Positions 21,341-31,812 of a stretch of 64,000 nt of DNA are shown here, one piece after another. Every line of letters begins with the position of its first letter. Positions within the stretch are counted from its first letter, which is position 1. The DNA is from Erythrobacter sp. (GTDB lineage Bacteria > Pseudomonadota > Alphaproteobacteria > Sphingomonadales > Sphingomonadaceae), in contig JAZBNR010000065.1 in assembly GCA_036350735.1 (NCBI GenBank), positions 2,617 to 66,616 of the forward strand. Reading direction: 5' to 3'. The position numbers were made by a program, and so were the translations under genes. The notes beneath the pieces are model-generated. The model was given only the letters and a program-made list of their open reading frames with translations. It searched no databases and had not been told where the DNA came from.

Positions 21341-22531
21341 TTAATCTTGGCCGAGAATTTCGTCGAGCAGGGCCTCAACCCGCGCCTTGTGCGGAAATCC
21401 TTCGGCGATCCAGCGCCGCTCCACCGCCTGCAGGATCCGCGCGACCTCCGGCCCCGCGCCCACCCCGCGCGCGACGATCGTCCCCCCCTTGAGCGGGAAT
21501 TGCGGCGGCTCCCAGCTCTCAAGCGGGGAGAGGGACGCGCCGAGCAACAGCAGCCGGTCGACCGCGAATTCGGGCGAGATCCGATAGGCGAGCGCGCGCG
21601 GCTCGGCGGTGTCCTCCTCGCGCCGGTCGGCGGCCGAGACCAGCCGCGCGCGCTGCGCCTTGGAGAGCCTGAGGCGCGCGGACACTGTCTCGGCGACATC
21701 GGTGGAGGGCGGGAGCAGCGCGGCGAGCCGCCGCAGCGGGCCGGGCGCGGCGCCTTCCTTCGCCTCGTGCGCGATCAGCCGCTCGAGCGCGTTCACCATC
21801 GCGCCGCAGGTCTCGGGCAGGACCACGCCCAGCACGGAGCGCTCGAACATCCGCCGCACCGTCGCCCCCGGATCGGGCAGCGCCAGCAGCTTCAAGAGCT
21901 CGTCCGCGATCCGCTCGCGGCTCAGTCCCTTGAGCGTCGGCGCGAGCCGGGCGCAGGCTTCCTCGGCCTCCTCGTCAAGCGCTGCGCCAAAGCGCGCCTG
22001 AAAGCGGTAATAGCGCAGGATCCGCAAGTGATCCTCGGCGATCCGCTCGGCGGCCGCACCGATGAAGCGCACCCGCCGGGCGGCCAGATCCTCGAGCCCG
22101 CCGAAATAATCCGACACCTCGAGCGTTTCGGGGTGGGCATAAAGCGCGTTGATCGTGAAATCGCGGCGCGCCGCATCCTCACGCCATTCGCTCGCAAAGG
22201 CGATGGTCGCGCGTCGCCCATCGGTGGCGACATCGCGCCTGAGGGTTGTCACCTCGACCGTGCCGGCCCCCTCGTGGCCCTTGAGGATTGCGGTGAGCGT
22301 GCCGTGCTCGATCCCGGTGGGCACCGTGCGAATGCCCGCCGCCTCGCAGCGCCGGATCACCTCTTCGGGCACCAGGGGGGTCGCGCAATCGACATCGACC
22401 GCCTCGATCCCGAGCAAGGTATCGCGCACCGCTCCGCCGACCCAGCGCGCATTCTCCGCGCCCAGCGCGGCGACCAGCGCAGCGAGCGCCGCGCTTTGCG
22501 TCCAGGGGGCGGGGGGAAGCGTGTGCGACAT
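21341..22531 (-). CDS. cca: CCA tRNA nucleotidyltransferase
   Basis: VGGAVRD, DVD, EVTTLRRD, DAARRDFTINAL, EDHLRILR. Confidence 0.92.
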   Translation of the reverse strand: MSHTLPPAPWTQSAALAALVAALGAENARWVGGAVRDTLLGIEAVDVDCATPLVPEEVIRRCEAAGIRTVPTGIEHGTLTAILKGHEGAGTVEVTTLRRDVATDGRRATIAFASEWREDAARRDFTINALYAHPETLEVSDYFGGLEDLAARRVRFIGAAAERIAEDHLRILRYYRFQARFGAALDEEAEEACARLAPTLKGLSRERIADELLKLLALPDPGATVRRMFERSVLGVVLPETCGAMVNALERLIAHEAKEGAAPGPLRRLAALLPPSTDVAETVSARLRLSKAQRARLVSAADRREEDTAEPRALAYRISPEFAVDRLLLLGASLSPLESWEPPQFPLKGGTIVARGVGAGPEVARILQAVERRWIAEGFPHKARVEALLDEILGQD

Positions 22532-22559
22532 GATCGAAGGGCCCTGCAAGGCCAGGGGC

Positions 22560-23159
22560 TTAGGCGCTGAGCGCTGCAACATCAATCCGGCGCGCAAGGT
22601 TGAGGATGATCGCCGCGGTCACGCCCCAGATGCGAAAGCCCTCGTGCTCAAGCTCGTAATAGCGCCGCATGGCGCCCTTCCACATGGTTTCATGCTCGGT
22701 CCAGCTTTCGCGATTGAGCACCAGCTCGAGCGGTGCCTCGAACCACGCCGCGACCTCGCGCGGGCAGGGAACGAGCGGGAGATCGGGCGGGATCACGCCC
22801 ACCACCGGGGTCACGAGAAAGCCCGTGCCGGTGTGATACGCGTCGCTCGTCCCGATCACGCGCACCGCCTCAGGCGGCATCGCAAGCTCCTCATGCGCCT
22901 CACGCAGTGCGGCCGCGATGGCATCCTCGCCCGGATCGATCTTGCCGCCGGGAAGCGCGACCTGCCCCGGATGATCGCGCATCGAGCGCGGGCGCTGGGT
23001 CAGGATCACGCTCGGGCGCTCTCGCTCGGTCACTGCGATCAGCACTGCGGCGGGCGTCACCCGGTCATCGGCAAAGGCGGCATCGCTGAGCAGATCGGGG
23101 CATTCGCGCGCGTGCCCTTCCTCGAACAGGCGCGCGAGGCGCTCGAACAGGTCCGCCAA
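22560..23159 (-). CDS. Nudix CoA pyrophosphatase
   Basis: HPGQVALPGG, AALREAHEE, IWGVTA; probable TTG start. Confidence 0.88.
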   Translation of the reverse strand: MADLFERLARLFEEGHARECPDLLSDAAFADDRVTPAAVLIAVTERERPSVILTQRPRSMRDHPGQVALPGGKIDPGEDAIAAALREAHEELAMPPEAVRVIGTSDAYHTGTGFLVTPVVGVIPPDLPLVPCPREVAAWFEAPLELVLNRESWTEHETMWKGAMRRYYELEHEGFRIWGVTAAIILNLARRIDVAALSA

Positions 23160-23179
23160 GGTCCGCCCCTGCCCTGCGC

Positions 23180-23734
23180 CTAGCCCGCGGCGATCAGCGA
23201 GAAGATCGCACCGCCGCTCGTCACCAGCCAATCATCGCCGCTCGTCGCGAGCGCGATCTCGGCAAGCTGGTTGTAGGTCGAGCGGTTCAATCGGGCCTCG
23301 CAGCCGCGCCGCACGTGGAGATAGATCGCCGGCGTCTCGGGATCGCCCGCCGCGCGGATCGGGTGCTCGGGGCCGGCGATCACCAGCTCGTCGGTGTTGA
23401 GTCTGAAAGCGATGTCCGAGCATTTGGGCTCGCAATCGGTCGCGATGAAGGCCGCATCATCGACCTCGATGTGGAGCTTCTCGAAGGGCGAGAGCAGCCA
23501 GTGCGCCCCTGTCTTGTCGCGCGTCAGGAGCCCTGAAAAGGCGCGCACCATGGCAGGGCGGTGAATCACGCCGCCCTCGTGATACCACGTGCCGTCGGCG
23601 GCGATGCGCATGTCGCTCTCGCCGATATTCTGCGGGTTCCACTGCTCCAGCGGCGGCAGCTTGCGCGCGGCGACCGCCTCGGCGATCTGCGCAAGGGTCA
23701 TTTCGGCGAGATAGGGCGGGGGTTCGTAGGGCAT
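23180..23734 (-). CDS. DUF1285-family protein
   Basis: LPPLEQWNP, MRIAADGTWYHEG, PFEKLHIEVDDAAF. Confidence 0.85.
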   Translation of the reverse strand: MPYEPPPYLAEMTLAQIAEAVAARKLPPLEQWNPQNIGESDMRIAADGTWYHEGGVIHRPAMVRAFSGLLTRDKTGAHWLLSPFEKLHIEVDDAAFIATDCEPKCSDIAFRLNTDELVIAGPEHPIRAAGDPETPAIYLHVRRGCEARLNRSTYNQLAEIALATSGDDWLVTSGGAIFSLIAAG

Positions 23735-23795
23735 GGCTGTGTAACGCCATGGCGCAAAGCGCGGTTCCGGGGAAGGGGCAGCCTTTTTCCCGCGC

Positions 23796-24359
23796 TTACG
23801 CGCCTGCCTGCTGTGGGGGCCAGGGCGCGAGCATCCCTTCGGCGGGCATCGCCGCCAGCGCCTCGCCGCGCGCGAGCAGGCGATGCGCCTCCCAGGGGCC
23901 GGGGCAGCGCCACCCGCCTGTTGCCACGGCGGAAAAGCCCCATCGGCCATAATAATCGAAATCGCCGATCAGCACCTGCGCGAAGGGGCTGTGCCCTTCG
24001 GCGGCGAGCCTGCTCTCCGCATCGAGCATCGCCGCCATCAGCCCCTTGCCGAAGCCCTCGCCCTGCCGCTCGGGCAGGACCGCGACGGGGCCGACCATGA
24101 TCAGCGGAAGCGGGCGCCCCTCGCGGTCGATCAGCGCGATCGGCCAGCACTGGATCGTCGCCACCAGCATTTCGTCCGCATCGAGCGCGGCGAAGCTGAG
24201 CGCGGAAAGCCAATCCATGCCTGCCCGGATGCGGTAGGCGGTGCGCGCGTGGCGATCCGGGCCGAAGGCGCGATCGAGCACCTCCTCGATCATCGCCGAG
24301 GGGACGGCGTCGAGCGGGATGATCGAGGCGGTGTTGTCGTTATCGGGAGCGGCGGCCAT
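23796..24359 (-). CDS. GNAT N-acetyltransferase (YhbS-like)
   Basis: GPVAVLPERQGEGFGKGLM, LIGDFDYYGRWGF. Confidence 0.88.
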   Translation of the reverse strand: MAAAPDNDNTASIIPLDAVPSAMIEEVLDRAFGPDRHARTAYRIRAGMDWLSALSFAALDADEMLVATIQCWPIALIDREGRPLPLIMVGPVAVLPERQGEGFGKGLMAAMLDAESRLAAEGHSPFAQVLIGDFDYYGRWGFSAVATGGWRCPGPWEAHRLLARGEALAAMPAEGMLAPWPPQQAGA

Positions 24360-24420
24360 GGCTGCGGGCGCGGTTAGGCGCTTTTGCGGGCGGGCTCAAG
24401 CGCTTGCTGGCGTCGGCGGC

Positions 24421-25620
24421 TCACATCGTCAGCTTGAGGATGCGCCCGTCCCGCCCGTCTTCCGCGAGCCAGATCGCGCCATCCGGGCCCTGCTCGATCG
24501 AGCGCAGGCGCTTGCCAAAGTCATAGCGGGCGACTTCGCGCGCGCTCGTGCCCTCGATATCAACCCGCACCAGCGCCTCGATCTTGAGCCCGGGGATCAG
24601 CGCATCGCCCTGCCAGGGTGCGAACATCTCGCCGGTGTAGATGATCATGTCGCCCGGCGCGATCACCGGGTTCCACCAGGTTGCGGGGCTCGTGAAGCCG
24701 TCGTCCGCGCTGTGATCGCGGATCGGATCGCCGTTGTAATGCTCGCCGTTGGAGCGTTCGGGCCAGCCGTAATTAGCGGCGCGGGTGACGAGGTTGAGCT
24801 CGTCGCCCCCGGCGGGGCCATGCTCGGTCTCCCACAGGCGGCCCTGCGCGTCGAAATCGAGCCCGAGGATGTTGCGGTGCCCCCACGACCAGATCGCGGG
24901 GTCGCCGCCCTCGCTGGCGAGCGGATTGCCACTCGCGGGCGTGCCATCGAGATTGAGGCGCACGATGGTGCCGAGCGTGTTCGAGGGATCCTGCGCAGGG
25001 CTCATCTTCTGGCGGTCGCCGCTCGCGATGAAGAGGTGCTCGCCATCGGGCGCGATCGCCAGACGATGCGAATAATGGCCGCGGCCTGAAACCTTGGGCG
25101 CCTGGCGCCAGATCACTTCGAGGCCCTCAAGCGCGCACTCGCCGCCCGTCTCGCAGGTGATCATGCCGCGTCCGACCGCCGCGCCGGCGGTGTCGCCTTC
25201 GCCCGCTTCTGCCCAGCTCAGATAGATCGTGCGCCCTTCGATGGCGTCGTCTGCTTCGGCGGGCAGGAAGGCGATGTCGCCCAGGCCCCCCTGTCCGGCG
25301 GCGAGCACTTGCGGCACGCCCGAGACGGACGCGGTGCGGCCCGAGGCGGTGTCGAGCACTTTCATCGTGCCGCCCTTCTCGGTGATGAAGAGCATCTGCG
25401 TGCCCGGCGCGAACTCGATCGCCCAGGGGCTGTCGAATGTGCCCATCTCGCTGACGGTGAAGGGCGCCTTTGCGGCCTGCGCCTCGCTCTTGGCGGCGCT
25501 GGTGGCGCTGTCAGCGGCGACCATGGTGGCGGCGCTGTCCCCATTTTCGGCATTGGCGCAGCTTGCCAGCAGGCAGGCGGGCAGGACAAAAGCGAGCGAA
25601 AGCTGCGAATGTGAGATCAT
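24421..25620 (-). CDS. PQQ-dependent sugar (glucose/sorbosone) dehydrogenase, lipoprotein
   Basis: LASC lipobox, GQGGLGDI, WGHRN, EHGPAGGDELN, NYGWP. Confidence 0.88.
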   Translation of the reverse strand: MISHSQLSLAFVLPACLLASCANAENGDSAATMVAADSATSAAKSEAQAAKAPFTVSEMGTFDSPWAIEFAPGTQMLFITEKGGTMKVLDTASGRTASVSGVPQVLAAGQGGLGDIAFLPAEADDAIEGRTIYLSWAEAGEGDTAGAAVGRGMITCETGGECALEGLEVIWRQAPKVSGRGHYSHRLAIAPDGEHLFIASGDRQKMSPAQDPSNTLGTIVRLNLDGTPASGNPLASEGGDPAIWSWGHRNILGLDFDAQGRLWETEHGPAGGDELNLVTRAANYGWPERSNGEHYNGDPIRDHSADDGFTSPATWWNPVIAPGDMIIYTGEMFAPWQGDALIPGLKIEALVRVDIEGTSAREVARYDFGKRLRSIEQGPDGAIWLAEDGRDGRILKLTM

Positions 25621-25636
25621 GCTTCGGGTAACTCCA

Positions 25637-26239
25637 ATGTCTGCAAATGGGTCCGCGCCCCTTCTGATCGGGGTGGACGAGGCCGGGCGCGGGCCGCTGG
25701 CTGGCCCCGTGGTGGCCGCAGCGGTGGTGCTGGAGGATGGACTACCGCCAGGCGTCGCCGATTCCAAGGCGCTTTCGCCCAGGCGCCGGGGCGAGCTTGA
25801 CGCCGAGCTGCGCCAGCGCGTGCGATGGGCGGTGTGTGCGATCGAGCCCGAGGAGATCGACCGGCTCAACATCTTCCAGGCGACCATGCTGGCGATGACC
25901 CGCTGCGTTGCCGAGCTGACGGCGCGCTGCGGGAGCGAGGTCGAGGTGCTGGTGGATGGCAACATGACGCCCGCGGGCCGCTGCGCCGAGTGGCGCTGGC
26001 GCGCGCGCGCAGTGGTCGGCGGCGATGCGATCGAGCCAGCGATCTCGGCCGCCTCGATCATCGCCAAGGAATGGCGCGACCGGCTGATGATCGAGGCCGC
26101 CGCGCGCCACCCGCTCTATGGCTGGGAGCGCAACAAGGGTTATGGCACCGCCGAACACCGCGAGGCGCTGCGCCGCCACGGCCCGACCCCGCTCCACCGC
26201 CGCTCCTTCGCCCCCGTGGCGCAGATGTGTTTGCTGTAG
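25637..26239 (+). CDS. rnhB: Ribonuclease HII
   Basis: GVDEAGRGPLAGPV, DSKAL, AASIIAK, KGYGT, HRRSF. Confidence 0.95.
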   Translation: MSANGSAPLLIGVDEAGRGPLAGPVVAAAVVLEDGLPPGVADSKALSPRRRGELDAELRQRVRWAVCAIEPEEIDRLNIFQATMLAMTRCVAELTARCGSEVEVLVDGNMTPAGRCAEWRWRARAVVGGDAIEPAISAASIIAKEWRDRLMIEAAARHPLYGWERNKGYGTAEHREALRRHGPTPLHRRSFAPVAQMCLL

Positions 26240-26240
26240 A

Positions 26241-26393
26241 GGCACGCTAACGCTCGCGCGGAACGCGCATCCGCGCGTTCCTGGGTGCCTTGCCGGCCCA
26301 CGCCCCCGCCCTTCCGCCCTTGAGGATACCATTCCGGGTGGAAGGGCGGGGGCGTGGGCCGTCAAGCCACGCGAGCGATAGCGAGCACAAACA
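26241..26393. repeat. REP/MITE-like structured element
   Basis: Imperfect terminal inverted repeats (GCACGCTAACGCTCGCGCGG / CCACGCGAGCGATAGCGAGC), a 25-bp stem 26295-26319/26336-26360 and hairpin GAACGCGC-ATCC-GCGCGTTC. Confidence 0.7.
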
Positions 26394-26463
26394 AGCAATC
26401 CCGGGCGTCAGCAAGCCTAACGCTTTGCCATCCACACCCAGCGTCCCTAAGTAGCCGCCCGTC

Positions 26464-27387
26464 ATGATCAACGCACTTCTTCTCAGCATCGCCGGGCTCG
26501 TGGGGCTCGCCATCGGCGGCGAATTGCTTGTGCGCGGCGCTGTCGGCATCGCACAGAAGCTCGGCGTCTCGACGCTCTTCACCGGGCTCGTGATCGTCGG
26601 CGCGGCGACCTCGATGCCCGAGATGGTGGCGAGCGTTCAGGCCGCGCTCGAAGGATCGCCCGGCATCGCCTGGGGCAACATTGTGGGCTCCAACATCGCC
26701 AACACGCTGCTGATCCTCGGCGTCGCCGCGCTTGTCACCCCGATTGTGCTTTCGGGCACGGGCCGGCGCGATGCAGTTGTCGCGCTCGGGGTGACGCTGG
26801 TGCTGTGGGCGGTCGCGCTCGCGGGCATTGGCGCTGTGTGGATCGGGATCGTCTTCCTCCTCGGCATCCTTGCCTATATCGTGTGGCGCTATCGCTATCC
26901 GGGCGGGGCGCCGATCGATCCGGTGGAGGACGAGGGCGCGATCAGCGGCGTCGTCTCTGCCGGGCTGTTCGTGGGCGGGCTCGTGATCCTCGTGCTCGGG
27001 GGACAGGCGCTGGTGAGCGGCGCGATTTCGCTGGCGACCCTGCTTGCGGTGCCCGAGACGGTGATCGGGCTGACCGTGGTCGCGGTCGGCACCTCGCTGC
27101 CTGAACTCGCCGCCTCGGTTGCCGCTGCGCTGCGCGGCAAGCCGGGGCTCGCCTTGGGCAATGTGGTGGGCTCGAACATCTACAACATCCTGCTGATCGG
27201 CGGCGCAACCATGACGATCGCGCCGCTGCCGTTTCCCGCCGAGCTCGCGGGCCTGCAGATGGCGATCCTCACCGCGAGCGCGGCGGGCCTGCTCGCGCTC
27301 TTGTGGTTCGCGCGCCGGATCGGACGGGCGCTCGGCGCGGTGCTGCTCGCCGCCTTCATCGCCAACACCGCGCTGGCTTTCGCCTAG
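26464..27387 (+). CDS. Calcium/sodium antiporter (YrbG family)
   Basis: Two alpha repeats (ATSMPE...GNIVGSNIAN; GTSLPE...GNVVGSNIYN). Confidence 0.92.
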   Translation: MINALLLSIAGLVGLAIGGELLVRGAVGIAQKLGVSTLFTGLVIVGAATSMPEMVASVQAALEGSPGIAWGNIVGSNIANTLLILGVAALVTPIVLSGTGRRDAVVALGVTLVLWAVALAGIGAVWIGIVFLLGILAYIVWRYRYPGGAPIDPVEDEGAISGVVSAGLFVGGLVILVLGGQALVSGAISLATLLAVPETVIGLTVVAVGTSLPELAASVAAALRGKPGLALGNVVGSNIYNILLIGGATMTIAPLPFPAELAGLQMAILTASAAGLLALLWFARRIGRALGAVLLAAFIANTALAFA

Positions 27388-28079
27388 ACGAACGCCTTGG
27401 CAGCCAGATCGCGCATGTAATCGCGCGCCCAGCGTTCGGCCCCGGCGGGATCGGCAGGCATCCCACCTTCCGCATTCGCCGCCGCGCTGATCTCGTCGCG
27501 GCTGTTGACCTTGGGGAACTTCACCCCCGGCACCTCGACCCCGAGAAAGGCGCACAAGGGCTCCCAGCCGTCTTTCGGGTGGAACACCAGCAGGCGCTCT
27601 GGCGCGATCGTGTCGATCACCTTCTGGTTTCGGCGCCGATACCAGTCGGTCATGAAAGCGCGATCGCGGATGTCGCCGCCGCCGAAATGGCTGAAGATGA
27701 CGCCGTGCATCATCTCGCCGAGCGGAGTGCCCACGGCGCCCCCCTGCATCGCGTCGGAAAAGATCGTCTCGCTCACCGATTCAAACCAGCTGTCGGGATC
27801 GCGCGTCGTCAGCACCACCTTGGCGGCTGGATAATGCGCGGCGAGTTCGCGCCAGTAGCTTGCGGAAGGATAATCGCTCGTCGCGCGAAACCCCTCGAAG
27901 ATCGCGTCCCAGTCGGGCCGGCCCTGCGAGGCCGCGATCCACAGCGGGATCTGCCGCGCGCCATCGGCGAACACTTCGACCATGTGGTGGCACGGGCCAA
28001 AGCCCAGTTTCTCCAGCGCGAATTTCATCGAGAAGGTCGCGTTGCGCCCCAATCCTGCGGCGATCACTTCGAGTGCCAT
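27384..28079 (-). CDS. Sulfotransferase-family protein (Sulfotransfer_4-like)
   Basis: VIAAGLGRNATFSMKFALE, CHHM, DYP, RDPDSW, DGWEPLCAFL. Confidence 0.82.
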   Translation of the reverse strand: MALEVIAAGLGRNATFSMKFALEKLGFGPCHHMVEVFADGARQIPLWIAASQGRPDWDAIFEGFRATSDYPSASYWRELAAHYPAAKVVLTTRDPDSWFESVSETIFSDAMQGGAVGTPLGEMMHGVIFSHFGGGDIRDRAFMTDWYRRRNQKVIDTIAPERLLVFHPKDGWEPLCAFLGVEVPGVKFPKVNSRDEISAAANAEGGMPADPAGAERWARDYMRDLAAKAFV

Positions 28080-28132
28080 GAAACACCCCCATACTGCGAT
28101 TGTGCGACCCTGCGCGCGGTTGTGGCAGGTTT

Positions 28133-29508
<1,376 letters not shown>

Positions 29509-29716
29509 GCGCAAGAAGGGGCACTGGCCCGCAAGGATGCGGGAAAAGTCGCGCGCTGCGCTGTCCTACAGCGCGGCTTTGCGATAGCTCTTGCGGCATG
29601 TCAGCATCCTCGCCCCGCGCCGATCTCGCTCCGCGACAAGGCCTGCTCGCCCCCTGCGAATTTTTGGTCTCTGGACTGTGTAACAGGCGGTTCAAGCGTG
29701 CTGCAGGAGCGATGAA

Positions 29717-30856
29717 ATGAGCCTCTCGGTCATGCTCCAGCCGATCGCGCTCGCCGCCTCGCCGCAGGCCGTCGCCGAGGAAGCGGGCGGGGGCGCGATC
29801 CGGCTCGGCGGGAGCCTCGCCTATGCCAGCCGCTTCGCGCTGGTGGTGCGCGAGGAGGGGCGCGTGATCGAGCGGCGGCTGTTCGGCGTGCGCGAGGCGA
29901 TGGGCGTGCTCGGCCGGCTCGAGGGCGATCTCGGAAGCGAGATCGGGAGCGAGGCGGTGGAGCAGTGGGAGCACCTCTCCCGCGTCCATCCGCCGCTCGA
30001 GCTTGGCAACCGCACCGTGCGGCTCGATCAGCCGCAGGTCGTCGGCATCCTCAACGTGACGCCCGACAGCTTCAGCGATGGCGGCGCCTTCCTCGACAAG
30101 CCTGAAGCAGGCCGCGCCCATGCCGCTGCCATGCTCGAGGCCGGCGCGGCGATCATCGACATCGGCGGTGAGAGCACGCGCCCCGGCGCGCAGGCGACCT
30201 GGGAGGGCGACGAGATCGAGCGAGTGCGCCCGGCGGTCGAGTACTGCGCGGCGATGGGCGCCGCGATCAGCGTCGACACCCGCCGTGCTGCGGTGCTCGA
30301 GGCGGGGCTCGCGGCAGGCGCGCACATGGCGAATGACGTCTCGGCGCTGCGCCATGATGAGCGGATGGGCGAGGTGGTTGCCGCTAGCGGCTGCCCGGTG
30401 GTGCTGATGCACGCGCCGGGCGCGGGCGAGGACCTCCACGAGGGCGGGGACTATCAGGACGTGGTGAGCGAGGTGTTTGCCTTCCTCAAGGCCGCGCGCG
30501 CCCGCGCGATCGCGCGCGGTATCGCGCCTGCGCGCATCGTGCTCGATCCCGGGATCGGCTTCGGCAAGTCGCTGGCCGACAACCTCGCGCTGATGAATGC
30601 GCTCCCCGCCTTCCACGCGCTCGGCAGCCCTCTGCTGGTGGGCGCGAGCCGCAAGCGCATGATCGGTGCGCTCTCGCGCGAGGAGGCGGCGGACCGGCGA
30701 CTGGGCGGCTCGCTCGCGCTGGCGACACGCGCGATGGAGGCGGGCGTGCAACTCCTGCGGGTCCACGATGTCGCCGAGACGGTTCAGGCGCGCAATGTGT
30801 GGCGAGGCCTGCGCGATGCGGCGCTGACCGACTTCAGCCAGCTGGTGGCGGACTGA
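29717..30856 (+). CDS. folP: Dihydropteroate synthase with N-terminal extension
   Basis: GILNVTPDSFSDGG, IGGESTRPGA, DPGIGFGK, SRKR, RVHDV. Confidence 0.93.
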   Translation: MSLSVMLQPIALAASPQAVAEEAGGGAIRLGGSLAYASRFALVVREEGRVIERRLFGVREAMGVLGRLEGDLGSEIGSEAVEQWEHLSRVHPPLELGNRTVRLDQPQVVGILNVTPDSFSDGGAFLDKPEAGRAHAAAMLEAGAAIIDIGGESTRPGAQATWEGDEIERVRPAVEYCAAMGAAISVDTRRAAVLEAGLAAGAHMANDVSALRHDERMGEVVAASGCPVVLMHAPGAGEDLHEGGDYQDVVSEVFAFLKAARARAIARGIAPARIVLDPGIGFGKSLADNLALMNALPAFHALGSPLLVGASRKRMIGALSREEAADRRLGGSLALATRAMEAGVQLLRVHDVAETVQARNVWRGLRDAALTDFSQLVAD

Positions 30857-30875
30857 GGGAGCGGTGGGAGGAGCG

Positions 30876-31655
30876 TCAGCCCGGCGAGGCGGCGCTGCCC
30901 GCCAGCAGCCCGCCATCGAGCGTGAGTTCGGCGCCGGTCATGTAGGCGCTCTCCTCGCTCGCGAGGTAGAGCGCGAGGGCGGCGACCTCCTCGACCGTGC
31001 CGAAGCGCTTGAGCGGCGTGTCGGCGACGAGCGCGGCCATGCTGGCCTCGCGCTCCGGCCCCTCACCCAGCATTGGCTCCCACATCGGGGTGAGCACGGC
31101 TGCGGGGTGGATCGAGTTGCAGCGCACGCGCCAGCCTTGTTGCGCCGCGTAGAGCGCGACCGACTTGGTGTGGTTGCGGATCGCGGCCTTGGAGGCGGCG
31201 TAGGCGGCCGCGCCCGGGATGCCGACGAGCCCCGAGCGCGAGGAGAGGGTGATGATCGAGCCGCTCTGCGCCTCGCGCATGGCCCTCAAGCCATAGCGGC
31301 AGCCAAGGAAGGTGCCATCGGTGTTGACCGCGTGGACCGCGCGCCAGTCCTCGAGCGAGGCGTGCTCGGGGTCGTGCGGGACGGGATCGCCCTCGAAGCC
31401 GGTGATCCCGGCGTTGTTGACCACCACGTCGGCACGCGGCAGCCGCTCTTCGAGCGCGGCCCAATCGGCCTCGGAGCGGACATCGAGCGGGGCGAAGTCG
31501 CAGCCGATCGCGGCGGCGGCTTTGGGGCCTGCGACGGTGTCGATGTCGGTGAGCAGCACTTGAGCGCCCTCGCGGTGGAACGCGGCGCAGATAGATTCGC
31601 CGATGCCGCGCGCACCGCCGGTGACGACGCAGATGGCGCCTTTGAGCTTGGACAT
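30876..31655 (-). CDS. SDR oxidoreductase (3-beta-hydroxysteroid dehydrogenase-like)
   Basis: [22 protein letters not shown]. Confidence 0.9.
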   Translation of the reverse strand: MSKLKGAICVVTGGARGIGESICAAFHREGAQVLLTDIDTVAGPKAAAAIGCDFAPLDVRSEADWAALEERLPRADVVVNNAGITGFEGDPVPHDPEHASLEDWRAVHAVNTDGTFLGCRYGLRAMREAQSGSIITLSSRSGLVGIPGAAAYAASKAAIRNHTKSVALYAAQQGWRVRCNSIHPAAVLTPMWEPMLGEGPEREASMAALVADTPLKRFGTVEEVAALALYLASEESAYMTGAELTLDGGLLAGSAASPG

Positions 31656-31812
31656 GAGGAGACCTCGGGACTTAGGACGTTCAGGGACAGCCGTCGTGCG
31701 CGGATGCGCTGGGGAGCCAGTGGGGTGATGGCCGCATCAGCGGTGGTGCTGGTTCACCTGACTTGCTCCCTGCCCGAGTGTACGGCGGGGTTAGCGGAGC
31801 GGGGCGGGGCAA

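Noticed and set aside
21333-21345. CtrA site TTAA-CGCA-TTAA
   Set aside because: Spacer is 4 nt rather than 7, and it overlaps the cca stop codon.
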